In this document: in pieces, positions 63,187 through 64,000 of the stretch
Layout of the letters: every line of letters starts with the position of its first letter
How positions within the stretch are numbered: the stretch's first letter is position 1
Assembly: GCF_006345805.1 (NCBI RefSeq)
Contig: NC_042997.1
Coordinates: 111,414,001 to 111,478,000 of the forward strand
Direction: 5' to 3'
DNA length: 64,000 nucleotides
Source: Octopus sinensis
Lineage: Eukaryota
Made by a program: the position numbers and the translations under genes
Notes under the pieces: generated by a model
Told to the model about the DNA's origin: nothing
Databases searched by the model: none
What the model saw: only the letters and a program-made list of their open reading frames with translations

Positions 63187-63791
63187 TAAATAACTGGGAT
63201 GTTAGGCAACATGGGATTCTTAAGACTCACCCACCTCTGTGACACTGATTCCTTGAAGCAGTGTGTGTGTGCACAAAGGGGCCCCCTTGCCTGATCTCAC
63301 ATCATCACCTATACCCATCCACATTGTATATTAACGATTACCATTTAATGTCGATGTTTCGTGCTGGGATGGGTTGACAGGAGCTGCAAAGATCAAGAAC
63401 TGCAACAGGTACCATTGTTTGTTTTATATGGCATTGGCACTAGTGAGAGTACCATGTAGTTCACAAGTCTACGGACACAAGGAATGGAAGGATGCTGCAT
63501 CATTATGTTAGATGGGGGTTAAGGTATGAGGGAAGCATGTGGGAGCAGAGCAGGTGCTTGTAGACAAGGAGACAGGCAGCAGTGTTGAGGTATCCAGGTG
63601 GTACCTCAGGTAGGGGGAGCAGGAGTGGATGGAGGGGGAAGTGGGAGATGGACAGACACTTCAGCTTCTAGTGTAGACTGTGATAATGTCTGTCCTTGGA
63701 ATAAACACACAAAAAAAGACAGTGTATCACGATCATCCAACACACAAATTCATTAACAAACAATAAGCGTTCTCATTATAGTGTGGGCTTA

Positions 63792-64000
63792 GGTGCAGGC
63801 GTGGCTGTGTGGTAAGAAGTTTGCAGCCCAACCTCATGGTTTCAAGTCCCACTGTGTGGTACCTTTGGAAAGTGTCTTCCACTATAGCCTCAGGATGACC
63901 AAACCTTTTTGAGTGGATTTGGTAGATGGAAAGTGAAAGAAGCCCGTGTGTGTGTTTGCCCCCTACCACTGCTTGAAAAACGGTGTTGGTATCTTTATGT
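63792..64000 (+). mobile_element. CORE-type SINE running off the window end
   Basis: AGGTGCAGGCGTGGCTGTGTGG.. head, core and start of the 3' part. Confidence 0.78.

Overview
AT-rich, repeat-dense eukaryotic DNA with one 100-N gap (6468-6567). The SINE families and the microsatellite load suggest an octopus/cephalopod genome (inference). No host protein-coding gene could be identified; almost all long ORFs in the track are microsatellite or transposon artefacts. Transposon content: tRNA-derived CORE-type and Meta-type SINEs, many 3' ends of RTE LINEs (one amplified into a ~2.3 kb tandem array), a 5'-truncated R4/Dong-like LINE with an internal inversion, a DD36E Tc1 transposase fragment, and mariner, Tigger, Chapaev3, hAT and Helitron relics. 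There is also a tRNA-Lys(TTT) pseudogene. The most notable signal is a four-copy family combining a Pol III tRNA head with a minimal type I hammerhead ribozyme (HHR). Each copy carries an inverted partial copy of its own 3' end and sits between target-site duplications (TSDs), an architecture typical of Penelope-like element (PLE) mobilisation. Two further unrelated hammerhead-like motifs and several long near-perfect hairpins are present.
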